Of a stretch of DNA of 64,000 nt, positions 1 through 8,926 are shown piece by piece. Position numbers and translations under genes: made by a program. Location: IMG/VR virus record IMGVR_UViG_3300010149_000010; one strand, given 5' to 3'. The stretch's first letter is position 1; each line of letters begins with the position of its first letter. The notes below the pieces were generated by a model. That model saw only the letters and a list, made by a program, of their open reading frames with translations, ran no database searches and was not told the origin of the DNA. Source of the stretch: a virus.

Positions 1-2
1 TT

Positions 3-3000
3 GCTTTAGTCGACTCAACTCTACAACAAAAGGTATGCGGCGACAATGATGGCGACCGTAACATGATCAGCTTCGACAAGATGCTCGTTGCAATCGCCAA
101 GCATATCACCCGTAAGCATCCTACTACATTCCCTGCGCGCGAGCAGTCAAAGAAGTTCGTTCTCAATACCTTTGATGATGTGGTCTTGGAGAAGGGCGGC
201 TGGCTTCGTAGCTTTAACAAGTACATGAAAACAGGTGACTCTTCGGAGTTGCTTCTCATTTCCAAGTTCCTTTCTGCCCCCGGTGGGACTCCAGGGCAAG
301 GGAACGTGGGTGGTGTGACGCAATGTGCTGCTGCACCAATGCTTTTCTGTGACTGGCACTGGGTCAAGAAGGATGGCAAAGATGTCTACGAGCCAGTCAA
401 TCCAGCCGCTCGCAAGTTGGTCAATTATCTTTACTTGTGCCAGCAGATCGCCATTGACCGCCAAAAGTATTACTATTTGGCGCCTTCGCTGCTGCATTGG
501 TTCTTTGCTGACCTTGAGGTTGGTGACGCAGTCATCAAAGAGTTGAAGGCAGGCGGCCATGCGGACACTAATTGGCTTCACAGTCACTACCCAATTCAGG
601 GTGCTGCTGATATGTCGTTCGAAGAATACCAAGCCGCTTGGAAAAATGGTACATTGCCTGTGATCTCAGAGATCATCCCAGGCATGGGTAAAGGCGCTAT
701 GGGCGGTCAATCTGTCGCTCCGATGATGTACTCCAACGGCCCGCTTTACGTGTGGACCGCGTGGCAGGTTAACGGTATTAACCTCGGCTTTGATTACTTC
801 GATAAAGACAGGATGGTTGAGCTTTCTGGGTTCTTTGACGAAGAGATTGCTCAGACTGCTGACTGGCAGGGTATCATTGACCACCTCAATCTCAGTGTCT
901 CAGCTGAACAGCTCGAGGAAAGCTGGGTGTGGCCTGGCTACATCACGGGTTGGGTCAACACCAACTTCCGTGAGTCTCAAGATCTCTCTCCAGAGACCTT
1001 CCAGTCTGCTCGCATCCATGCCAACAATGTGTGGCTCGAGAAAATGGAGCAGGCAGGTATCGATGCTGACCCAGCCGTAACTCTCGTTGAGAGTGGGTTG
1101 GCTGACGTTCTCAAGGAAAAAGCTGGCGATTATGCAGTGGAAATGCCTGCATGGGGCACACGCCTGCTAGCAACTACAATCTACCGCAGCTATGTTGCAG
1201 GTAGCTCTGAGGCTGCTGAGGCTATGAGCCAAAGCGCTCGTCTGCAAACCGACCATCACGCGTCAGGCTCCGACAAACTTTCATTCCTCCGACAAGCTCT
1301 TACGTCACGCGACATGGACGTTTCTGTTGGGGATATGAAGATTATGGAGTCCATAAAGGATCTTCGTTTCGTTTGGGCTAAAGCGTTGCAGAATGACAAA
1401 ATGTCGGACGAGCGTCGACTGCAAGTCCTCTGCGCAATGATGCACTTCGGCATTACTGTCATCGCAGACTGCATCGAGGAGCTTGAGAACGATAAGACTT
1501 CTCAGATTGCTCAGAACTTCATCTGGGCACTTGAGGACCACGCAATTGCTGATATTGCCGCTCTAACTACCGCTGATAAGTGGAAAGAGTGGCGTGACGC
1601 TAATGATGCTACCTACAGCGGGCTAGAAGCAAAAAATCGCCGTGAGATGATGGATACCTGCCGAAAGCTCATGAATCGCGATGGATTTTACCACTGGATT
1701 AGCCAACAGAACCTCAACTCCCTCAAGGCAGAGGATATCGCTACCTGGTTGGTGATGGATGGTGAGGAAGCTCACAGCAAGATCATAGACTTTATCGGTT
1801 CTGACTTCTTCGGTGCAATTGGTGAGGCTTGGTCTCGTCAAGAGCTCAAGGGCTCGCGCAACAGCGTTGAGGATGAACTGATGGATATCATCACCGATCT
1901 TATGGAACTTCCAGTTGACGACAACTTCATGGGTTGTGTAGAGGGATACTCTCGTGACTTAATCCAAGAAATCAGGGACGATGAGCTGAGGCTCCAGTCT
2001 GAAGAGGTTTCGGATGAAGCACAGATGGCATGGTACTCGCTTAATGCGAGTGAGTATGAGCGGCATGTTGCCGCGATCACTCGCCCAATCACATCGTTGA
2101 TCCGCTTGGTAAAACACCAGATGCGTGTGCTTGAGCACAACGTTGACAACGGTGCAAACCAGGAAGACGAGATTGATGTTTTCTGGCCAACCATCAAAGC
2201 CGCTCTCTTTGGCTCCCACAAAGAGCTCGATGATGAAACTGGTGAGTGGACTGACGTCACCCACGTCGAAAGTCGTATTGTTTACGAGCTACCCGTTCAG
2301 CACATCGCGACCATGAACCTTGCGGCTCTCGAGCAGGGCTATGACGTCGAGATTCTCGTTGATATGATTGACAATCCAAAGTCTTTTTACGAAGACGAGG
2401 ACGGTAATGTAGAGCTGCCTTCGGAGCCAGAGGGTTACTATTACACTCGCAAGGGGTACATCCACCTCAGCGCAATCATGACAAAAATGGCGCTTGAGGT
2501 CGAGTCTCGTGACGATGTATTGCAGTGGCTGATCGCTCAGTTCAAAGGCGGTGTTGGTCACGTCACAACCAGCAAGCACTTAACCATGGCGTATGGTTCA
2601 GCTGAGGGTCGTGATCACTTCTGGTTCGTTCCAGAGGAGGAAGCTTACCCTCAGTACCACAACGACCCGCAGGTGCTCCAGGTCCAAAAGACCTTCGAGT
2701 CTTGTTACGCTGAGACCGTCACAGTCAGCTACCTCCATGACGATGCTGAAGAAACCCTTGAGGCGCTAGAGTGTTTCGAGAATCCTGAAGCATTTTCGCC
2801 AGGGGATGTTCAATACTATGAGGACTATATGAAGGAGATGTTTGAGGTGCAGATGTATCTCCCACCTCTCTTCGGCGGCCGCTCTAACTGGGACGAGCTA
2901 TATGATGGTAAGTATAGTAAGTTCTATGACGAGCAGCTAATTATGTCACCATACAAGTTGTTGCGCACTTACAGCTTCATGATGGAGGGCCAAGATGTTA

Positions 3001-3626
3001 GCCAGATGTCTCTTCCAGCTACGGTGCGTGACTTCCAGAATCTAGTCTATGGTTACACTGTTGGAGACAGCAAAGGCCAAAGCCAGGGTGTGCGCAGCAA
3101 AGAGGCCTATAAGCGCTCTGGTCGCCAGCCTAGAAACACAGCGCTTAAGGATAACATGACTAAGAAGTCATGTGAGGATTGGACTTGGGCTGGTGTGCAG
3201 AAACCAATTACCTCACAGCTCGAGGTCAAGTTCAATGGTTCTGAAGTTGTTGGTGCTGAGAACAACTTGTGCGACATCAGCATCCGTGGCTACCAAAACC
3301 ACACCTTTGATGAGTGTTGGCGCGGTGCGTACTCGTTGGTTCGTTTCACACCTAGCCTTCTCTGGAGCTTTGCCAACGTGATGGAACCTGGTGAATTCCA
3401 AGAGATTAACGCTAAGAGCATCGCTAAGGTTGGCGCTTCTTCTATCCGTCGTCACTGTATTGGTTTCCGCAAAGCCAACTTTACAGAGATGGTTGAGGGA
3501 GTAAAAGTTACGTCGTTAAAGATGGACCCAGCAATGGTTCCCTACCTTTTCGGCATCCTTGCGGATCAAGAGGAGATCGAGATCGGCATGGACGCTCTCA
3601 ATAGTCCTGACCGTCCTAACGACTAA
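3..3626 (+). CDS. Large protein, 5'-truncated by the window edge; probable single-chain two-barrel (YonO/cellular RdRP-like) RNA polymerase, C-terminal part
   Basis: The frame of the 63..3626 ORF is open back to nt 3 and reads ALVDSTLQQKVCGDNDGDRNMISF. The DxDGD motif (nt 42-56) is followed by GNVGGVTQ and LCQQIAIDRQK, which resemble the 'lG.i.n' and 'aVD..K' motifs downstream of the catalytic loop in RdRP/YonO enzymes. Confidence 0.6.
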   Translation, partial: ALVDSTLQQKVCGDNDGDRNMISFDKMLVAIAKHITRKHPTTFPAREQSKKFVLNTFDDVVLEKGGWLRSFNKYMKTGDSSELLLISKFLSAPGGTPGQGNVGGVTQCAAAPMLFCDWHWVKKDGKDVYEPVNPAARKLVNYLYLCQQIAIDRQKYYYLAPSLLHWFFADLEVGDAVIKELKAGGHADTNWLHSHYPIQGAADMSFEEYQAAWKNGTLPVISEIIPGMGKGAMGGQSVAPMMYSNGPLYVWTAWQVNGINLGFDYFDKDRMVELSGFFDEEIAQTADWQGIIDHLNLSVSAEQLEESWVWPGYITGWVNTNFRESQDLSPETFQSARIHANNVWLEKMEQAGIDADPAVTLVESGLADVLKEKAGDYAVEMPAWGTRLLATTIYRSYVAGSSEAAEAMSQSARLQTDHHASGSDKLSFLRQALTSRDMDVSVGDMKIMESIKDLRFVWAKALQNDKMSDERRLQVLCAMMHFGITVIADCIEELENDKTSQIAQNFIWALEDHAIADIAALTTADKWKEWRDANDATYSGLEAKNRREMMDTCRKLMNRDGFYHWISQQNLNSLKAEDIATWLVMDGEEAHSKIIDFIGSDFFGAIGEAWSRQELKGSRNSVEDELMDIITDLMELPVDDNFMGCVEGYSRDLIQEIRDDELRLQSEEVSDEAQMAWYSLNASEYERHVAAITRPITSLIRLVKHQMRVLEHNVDNGANQEDEIDVFWPTIKAALFGSHKELDDETGEWTDVTHVESRIVYELPVQHIATMNLAALEQGYDVEILVDMIDNPKSFYEDEDGNVELPSEPEGYYYTRKGYIHLSAIMTKMALEVESRDDVLQWLIAQFKGGVGHVTTSKHLTMAYGSAEGRDHFWFVPEEEAYPQYHNDPQVLQVQKTFESCYAETVTVSYLHDDAEETLEALECFENPEAFSPGDVQYYEDYMKEMFEVQMYLPPLFGGRSNWDELYDGKYSKFYDEQLIMSPYKLLRTYSFMMEGQDVSQMSLPATVRDFQNLVYGYTVGDSKGQSQGVRSKEAYKRSGRQPRNTALKDNMTKKSCEDWTWAGVQKPITSQLEVKFNGSEVVGAENNLCDISIRGYQNHTFDECWRGAYSLVRFTPSLLWSFANVMEPGEFQEINAKSIAKVGASSIRRHCIGFRKANFTEMVEGVKVTSLKMDPAMVPYLFGILADQEEIEIGMDALNSPDRPND

Positions 3627-3794
3627 TTTTGATAGGGGTTGAAATCCCCCTTTAGCTGTATCAGGTCATATACCACTGATCTGTTAGTAAAATGCTTGGC
3701 ACGAGTAAGGGGTTCACGTCCCGCTAAGCGTCTAATGCAGACTTACTCAAAAAACAACCCTACCCCCATTATCAATTGCAAGAAAGGAAAAATC

Positions 3795-4211
3795 ATGCAA
3801 GAGATGCAAGACAAAACTCTCGTCGAGATCGTAAAGGCCTATAAGGGGGCCTTTATATATGCTCCAGGCGGCACAGTCAACATTGGCTGTGTTATGTTCG
3901 ATGGCCCCTCAAACGCGAAGAAGGCTGTTCCTAAAAAAGCAGGGTCAGCAGAAGCCGAGAAACCCAAGGCTGTTCGTCGTCGCAAGGCTACTACCAAAGT
4001 TGATGAGAAGGCTGAGCCACCTAAGGGTGATTCAGCTTCGCCTCCACCAGTTGACACTAATGACGGTGACGATAACGAAGGTGATGGTTCAGCGCCCGAC
4101 CCAGCAGCGGCCACGAGTTGGGGCTCTCGTGGTGCGGGGCCTGCTGACTCAGCGACACCCACCTCCCCATTTTCTCGCCCTCGTCGTCGGGAACCCAACA
4201 ACGGGGCTTGA
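3795..4211 (+). CDS. Hypothetical protein with a low-complexity basic/acidic/Pro-rich tail
   Basis: ATG at 3795 follows AAAGGA; codon style matches the upstream GC-rich gene. Confidence 0.5.
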   Translation: MQEMQDKTLVEIVKAYKGAFIYAPGGTVNIGCVMFDGPSNAKKAVPKKAGSAEAEKPKAVRRRKATTKVDEKAEPPKGDSASPPPVDTNDGDDNEGDGSAPDPAAATSWGSRGAGPADSATPTSPFSRPRRREPNNGA

Positions 4212-4365
4212 CCCCCGTCTTGGGTTTCTGCCCTCCCCTCTAACCGTTCCACCTTCACAATTCTATAGGCTTTATAACTAGCTATTATCCTGTAGTCTTA
4301 TCTTCAATAGCTCATTGCCCCGCCAGTTGACTCCTTCTACCTAGTTACTCCGCCAAGCAAGTTGA

Positions 4366-4421
4366 CTCCGCGCGCGGAGCCAGGGGCTGCAAGCAGCCCT
4401 GCGAGCAAGCTCGCTGCCTGG
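4366..4421. repeat. Cluster of short palindromes/hairpins (CTCCGCGCGCGGAG; GGGCTG-CAAG-CAGCCC; GCGAG-CAAG-CTCGC inside CCAGG/CCTGG)
   Basis: Inverted repeats read directly from the sequence; intergenic. Confidence 0.6.
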
Positions 4422-4509
4422 TGATCAAACAAGGTGATTATTAATCTTTTTTTTAATTTGCTCATGCAATTATTAAGAAGATTCAAACTTTGTTAAAGAA
4501 GGAGCCGAC

Positions 4510-4983
4510 ATGGCTAATCAAGAACTAAAACTTCACGACGACGCTTCCGAGCTTAGTCTGCCTGAGGCACGCCTAGCGCGCCTTAAGGTTCTCCGTGATA
4601 AAGTAGACGAAAAAGCCGCTTGGAGCGGGCGAGGCGATAAAAAGCCTGCCCGTTCCCTACTTGTAGTGGACGGTGCAGATGCGAGTCAAATCGCTTCGTA
4701 CCTGACCAGCAAGGGCCAATCATCTAGAGTGACCTTCGAGGTCACCGAGCATAAGTTACGCGGGATCTTTGACGATCATATCCGTGAGCTTGAGCGCGAG
4801 ATCGCAGAGGCGGAGAAGGCAGCAATGCCCGATCCGATGCAGGCCGTTCGAGAGATGCAAGCAGCAATGCAAGCACAGCAAGCCCAATTCATGCAAATGA
4901 TGGTGGGCATGATGAGTGGTAACACTTCTCCCGAGGCTCCTGCTCCTGCCGAGACTGCTCCTGAGGCTCCTGCTGAGTCGTGA
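4510..4983 (+). CDS. Hypothetical protein (coiled coil, M/Q-rich segment, PAET/PEA tail)
   Basis: AAGGAG RBS upstream of the ATG; 157 aa ORF. Confidence 0.75.
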   Translation: MANQELKLHDDASELSLPEARLARLKVLRDKVDEKAAWSGRGDKKPARSLLVVDGADASQIASYLTSKGQSSRVTFEVTEHKLRGIFDDHIRELEREIAEAEKAAMPDPMQAVREMQAAMQAQQAQFMQMMVGMMSGNTSPEAPAPAETAPEAPAES

Positions 4984-5371
4984 TTTTAAGTGAAAGCTGT
5001 TCTTCGGAGCAGTTAGTAGCAAACTCGTTAACCGAAAGGTGTGACGAGACGAGACGTAGTGTCTCAAGCCTAATTCCCCTTGGCGTAAAAATGGGGCGAA
5101 AAACTTTTCCTGTCGGAACGAAAGGATCTTCATCATGACCTACTGGGTTGATGAAAGAGGTGTTGTGCACTTCGAAAATCCACGAGCTCAATAAAAGCTT
5201 TATGGTCGCAGCTATGCGTAAATAGTGGGTAGCTATACCCTTGAAATAGCCGGAGCTATGATAGCTTCGTTAGTCAGAGAATGACAAACAATCTGATTTA
5301 GACTTTTATTATAAAAAAGTCGGCAGCCTTATTAACGGACGGACGTAATGTCGCCAGTTTCAATAATAAGC

Positions 5372-5474
5372 AGTGTCGTCGGAAGCCCTTAGGGGTGGAA
5401 GACCTGATGAGTCTAGTAGTTCATTCTGCTAGCATCGCTTTAATTAGTGATGTCCTTTAGGGGAACGAAACACT
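5372..5474 (+). ncRNA. Hammerhead ribozyme (type III topology), predicted cleavage after GUC at 5377
   Basis: Stem III AGTGT(5372-76)/ACACT(5470-74); cleavage residue C5377; stem I GTC/GAC capped by GCCC-TTAG-GGGT; core CTGATGA (5404-10); stem II G-C and T-A pairs carrying three sub-hairpins; CGAAA (5466-70). Confidence 0.8.
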
Positions 5475-6132
5475 TTTCTCATCAAGACAGCTAACGCTGG
5501 GCCCAGTGATTTTCTAAACACTTAAAAAAAAGAACATTAGAATTTTCAACGGAAGCCAGATGCGCCTTCGTAAAGAAAAGCATAGTGCTCGCTTAGACCT
5601 TCGGGTCTTACCTGCGGAAATGAATGATAAGTTCATGTTCTAAAGGATACCAATGAGAAATGGTAAGCGGGTTACTGGCACAAGGTCGCAACTTGTGTCG
5701 CTGGAGATAAAACCAGTACCCTTAGACAAGGGGTGTGCGCGGTTTGTAGAAAAAACAAACCCATATGCGCCTCATGTCAGCAGGTCAAAATACAGTGGCT
5801 ATTATCAGGCATGGTAAGTAAGTCAATAAAGAATTTCTCGGGGCTGTTCTCCCCACTTCAGTAATGTAGTACTTACTGTAATAATAGGGAACCAAGGGTC
5901 AGCCAAATAAGGCCCTGGCATGGAAGCTCCTTAGCGGGAGTGGGAAAATGCAAAACCAGCAAATCGATTAGCTAGCCTTAGCGGGCAAGTTACCGAAGAG
6001 CCGGGGATCTGTAATAGTGGTGTATTACAGACACAGTGCGAATTCCAAAAGGGGGAGCTGCCGTAGATATCTGCGGTAACGAACTTGATTAGGTGTTGCG
6101 TATTTGTGCCTTGTACGATTATATTGTGCAAG

Positions 6133-6232
6133 GGTTGTGAGGAATTGGAACGCCTCGCCTGATGAAGAGATCATTAAAAATCTGCGATCTCTCTTGGACA
6201 TCCTTTGTACTTCGGTACATAAAGTCGAAACC
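6133..6232 (+). ncRNA. Hammerhead-like ribozyme variant with an extra hairpin after CUGAUGA, predicted cleavage after GUU at 6136
   Basis: Stem III GGT/ACC; stem I GTGAGG/CCTCGC; CTGATGA 6159-65; inserted AGAGATC/GATCTCT hairpin; stem II GAC...GTC with a UUCG loop; GAAA 6227-30. Confidence 0.5.
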
Positions 6233-6412
6233 AGCAGTCGTCTATCCAGCTATGTCAAATCCACTGCGACATATTAGAGGGATATAAAATATTAAGTGGT
6301 ACCTTCAGCCTACAATGCGTTTCAGGCCGGTGTAAAAATAAGAAACGAAATACGGTTAGCGTTAGAAAGTGCGTCCGTTCTTCAGTAATTTACTGGAGTG
6401 ACTTTCATTTAT

Positions 6413-6539
6413 GGCTTGCTTTGGTAGAGCCGTGGGATTCTAGGAGATGTGTGAACCTGCTTGCATGGCAGGTGGTCATTGATCCATCGGGAAGCTGCAA
6501 CTTCCTGCCACGGTTTATGGTTCGATTCCGTAACAAGCT
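6413..6539 (+). ncRNA. tRNA-like element with an enlarged, branched arm in place of the anticodon arm
   Basis: Acceptor-like GGCTTG/CAAGCT; D-loop-like CTTTGGTAGAG; long helix GCCGTGG/CCACGGT; T-arm TTATGG-TTCGATT-CCGTAA. Confidence 0.45.
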
Positions 6540-6912
6540 TTAGTCTCTCAGCACAGAGACAATCACAAGCCCTGTAGAAAGGAATATACAGGCCAGGGTA
6601 GACTCCCAATAATGGTAGAGTCCCCTGAATTAAAAGCGCGATTAAAGCGCTCAAGACTACTTTTCCTAAGGGTACAACACTTATTATTTTGACAAAAGAC
6701 GAGACGAGACGAGACAGAAACGTCTGCTGGCCACAATAGTCAAATAAATATGCGTAATAAAACTAATAAATACTTAATATATATAGTGTTTTTAGAAAAA
6801 GACATAAATAGTGAGAGTGGACCTAGTATAATAATGTTAATCGGGAAGAAAAACATTAACTAGGTAAACAATAAGCCACCCTAAAACAATCTTGCTGTGA
6901 AGCAGATCACGC

Positions 6913-6960
6913 TGCCAGGGCTCGAAAGGTCATTGTAGGTTCAAGTCCTACCCGCTGGTA
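6913..6960 (+). ncRNA. Minimal tRNA-like fold (acceptor-like stem plus T-arm, no anticodon arm)
   Basis: TGCCAG/CTGGTA closing stem; perfect T-arm GTAGG-TTCAAGT-CCTAC. Confidence 0.35.
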
Positions 6961-6965
6961 AGCAA

Positions 6966-7032
6966 TCGCGTATAGTGTAAAGGTACACGCCATAGTGATA
7001 TGGAAATGTAGGTTCAAGTCCTTCTACGTGGG
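6966..7032 (+). pseudogene. Degenerate tRNA or tRNA-like RNA with an abnormal anticodon loop
   Basis: Acceptor TCGCGTA/TACGTGG; D-arm GTGT-AAAGGT-ACAC; anticodon arm CCATA-GTGA-TATGG with only a 4-6 nt loop; T-arm GTAGG-TTCAAGT-CCTTC. Confidence 0.5.
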
Positions 7033-7082
7033 TTAGATTCGTTCCAGTAAAAAATAGATTCAAAGCATATAGGAATAAATAT

Positions 7083-7627
7083 ATGCGCCGCGAAAACAGA
7101 AAGAGAATACTAATGATAACCAATAGGACTAAAGACGTGCAGAGAGCAGAGCGCCGCCAATGCTGGCAGGTATTCGGTTTGTTACAACCCCTACTGATGG
7201 TGTTGTGCATCCTCCTGGGAAACAATGATCCCAACTCACTGTGGTCATGTGCTGGCTTATTGCTGGCCGTGACCTTCGGGATTAGTTTCCCTTTTCTACT
7301 CTACCAAGAATATTTTTATCAGTTAGGGTATGGGTGGGAATGATGGAGCTCAAACAAATCGCAGAAAGCCTAGCCAGAGAGCTAGGGACGTCGCATCAGG
7401 TACTCTCGTCCTACGTGGTAAAGCAAACACCACAGAGAACGATGCCACTACTGCAACTCATTGAGTTGTACATAAAGGTGAAAGGTGAGCAGGCCTTCAT
7501 TAAGAATTATCTTGACCAAGACTCTCTTTATAAGGAGCATGGTGGTTTTTTACAGAGATCAGCTGATTCAGCTGGCAACACTTGGATTTCATTTGTCCAA
7601 AGCGTAATAGCTTTCGGTCAAATCTAA
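7083..7627 (+). other. Two small overlapping hypothetical ORFs (7083..7343 membrane protein; 7334..7627)
   Basis: ORF track; the first follows AGGA and has two hydrophobic segments. Confidence 0.5.
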
Positions 7628-7659
7628 AACAGTCAATTCTTCGGTAGACTATAAAAGCC

Positions 7660-7870
7660 GACTTAAGCCACAACATGGTGTTGCTTACCCACTGTCTAAT
7701 ATTGGTATACTTACGGAGATATCAGTAGAAGACGAGTCAAAGCTAGATACGACCGTAATCGTTATCTGGTGGAGATAGGTAAGTAAGAGGTTCTATTCCT
7801 CTATGTGGTAGCCCCTCATGAGAACTACTTCTTCGTAGTTGGGGTTCAGGCAATTTCAGTAGCCTATATG
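7660..7870 (+). ncRNA. Candidate structured intergenic RNA
   Basis: Nested pairings GCCACA(7667)/TGTGGT(7804), TTGCTTACC(7681)/GGTAAGTAA(7778), CTAGATACGA/TCGTTATCTGG, AACTAC/GTAGTT; no ORF. Confidence 0.4.
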
Positions 7871-8077
7871 GTTGTGCGTAAAGCACCTATACTGATAGCA
7901 GAGGTTCTCAAAAAAAAGAATAATGCGCGCGATATTAAGCAACTGATTTGCTATTGCGTTCAGAAACTCTTTTTTCTCCTTTAGTAACAATAACTTAAAA
8001 GTTTGACAAGGCGAAACTTTTAAAGTTGTTATATAAAAGATTGACTTAATACACACATTCTCTAGAAAGAGCAAAAA

Positions 8078-8794
8078 ATGATGAAATTAATATCATCGAT
8101 AATTCTCACCCTTCAATCTTCCTTATCCTTCTTATTCAGTGGTGGTGAAGTAGCGATGAACTTAGCAGACAGCAATAAGCTATCAGTTGAGGCTAAAAAG
8201 TTCGTCGACGGCGGAACTCGCAGTTTAGGAACTTGTGCATTAGCTAACCACTTAGCCAATGCTGGGTTCAGCATGTTAAACGGCTTCCTCGTAGGTTCTT
8301 ACTGCGGATGGCAATGGGGACTGTTTACGACAGTCTTCTCTCTGCTTGGATTATGGTATCTTGGTGAGCTGTTACCAAAGATGACTGCAGCCAAAGCGCC
8401 AGAAAAGTTCTTAAACACTCATGCAAAAAAACTCCTCGCTGCAAAATCTCTACTATCTCCCATAGTGGACAGGATTGTGAAAGAAGAGCCAAGATGCGAA
8501 GTAAAAGAGAATGAGAAGGAATTAGTATCTGCCGCCCGTATGGCAGATGAAAAATGGAGCATCCTCTTACTACCTTTGTACGATGAACCAAAAGGAGGTA
8601 AAGCCCCATCTCTGATTCATAAAATTTCTTCATTGAGCTCCATAGAGGAGGTCATGTTGGCGGTGTGCTTGAAGAAAGAAGACAAAATAGTAGAATACCA
8701 AGTGATCGATGCCTACCACTTAAATGTAGTAGGATATTTCAACCCAATCACCATCATTCGTTGGATGATGGATCATAAAGAATTGAAAAAATGA
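8078..8794 (+). CDS. Hypothetical membrane protein
   Basis: 238 aa ORF with hydrophobic segments. Confidence 0.6.
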   Translation: MMKLISSIILTLQSSLSFLFSGGEVAMNLADSNKLSVEAKKFVDGGTRSLGTCALANHLANAGFSMLNGFLVGSYCGWQWGLFTTVFSLLGLWYLGELLPKMTAAKAPEKFLNTHAKKLLAAKSLLSPIVDRIVKEEPRCEVKENEKELVSAARMADEKWSILLLPLYDEPKGGKAPSLIHKISSLSSIEEVMLAVCLKKEDKIVEYQVIDAYHLNVVGYFNPITIIRWMMDHKELKK

Positions 8795-8926
8795 TAATTA
8801 TAATTCTATTAAGCATTACTCTAGTTCTAGGTTGGGCAGCCATAGAACTAGGAAAACTACAATGATCTTTCTAATTATTGTTGCAACTACAGTAGCAACG
8901 TTAATGTTTACATCGCTTTTTTTATA

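Larger units (their letters stand above)
4990..7035 (+). ncRNA. About 2 kb non-coding island of structured RNA elements
   Basis: No credible ORFs. Many hairpins closed by UUCG/GNRA loops on the + strand (CTGTTC-TTCG-GAGCAG, ACC-GAAA-GGT, AGACC-TTCG-GGTCT, TGTAC-TTCG-GTACA), plus hammerhead cores and T-loops. Confidence 0.65.

Noticed and set aside
147-3455. Numerous alternative-frame and antisense ORFs inside the large left ORF
   Set aside because: They are shadows of a GC-richer coding region, with no motifs or RBS.
5730-6460. Group II intron (GTGCG near 5736 and GAGCCG near 6427)
   Set aside because: No convincing domain V/VI hairpin, no interrupted gene and no maturase ORF.
6413-6539. 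tmRNA
   Set aside because: Far too short, no tag reading frame, and no Ala-type acceptor with CCA; kept only as a tRNA-like element.
8003-8070. Sigma70 promoters (TTGACA at 8003, TTGACT at 8041)
   Set aside because: The -10 elements are not at convincing spacing, and AT-rich DNA gives such matches by chance.
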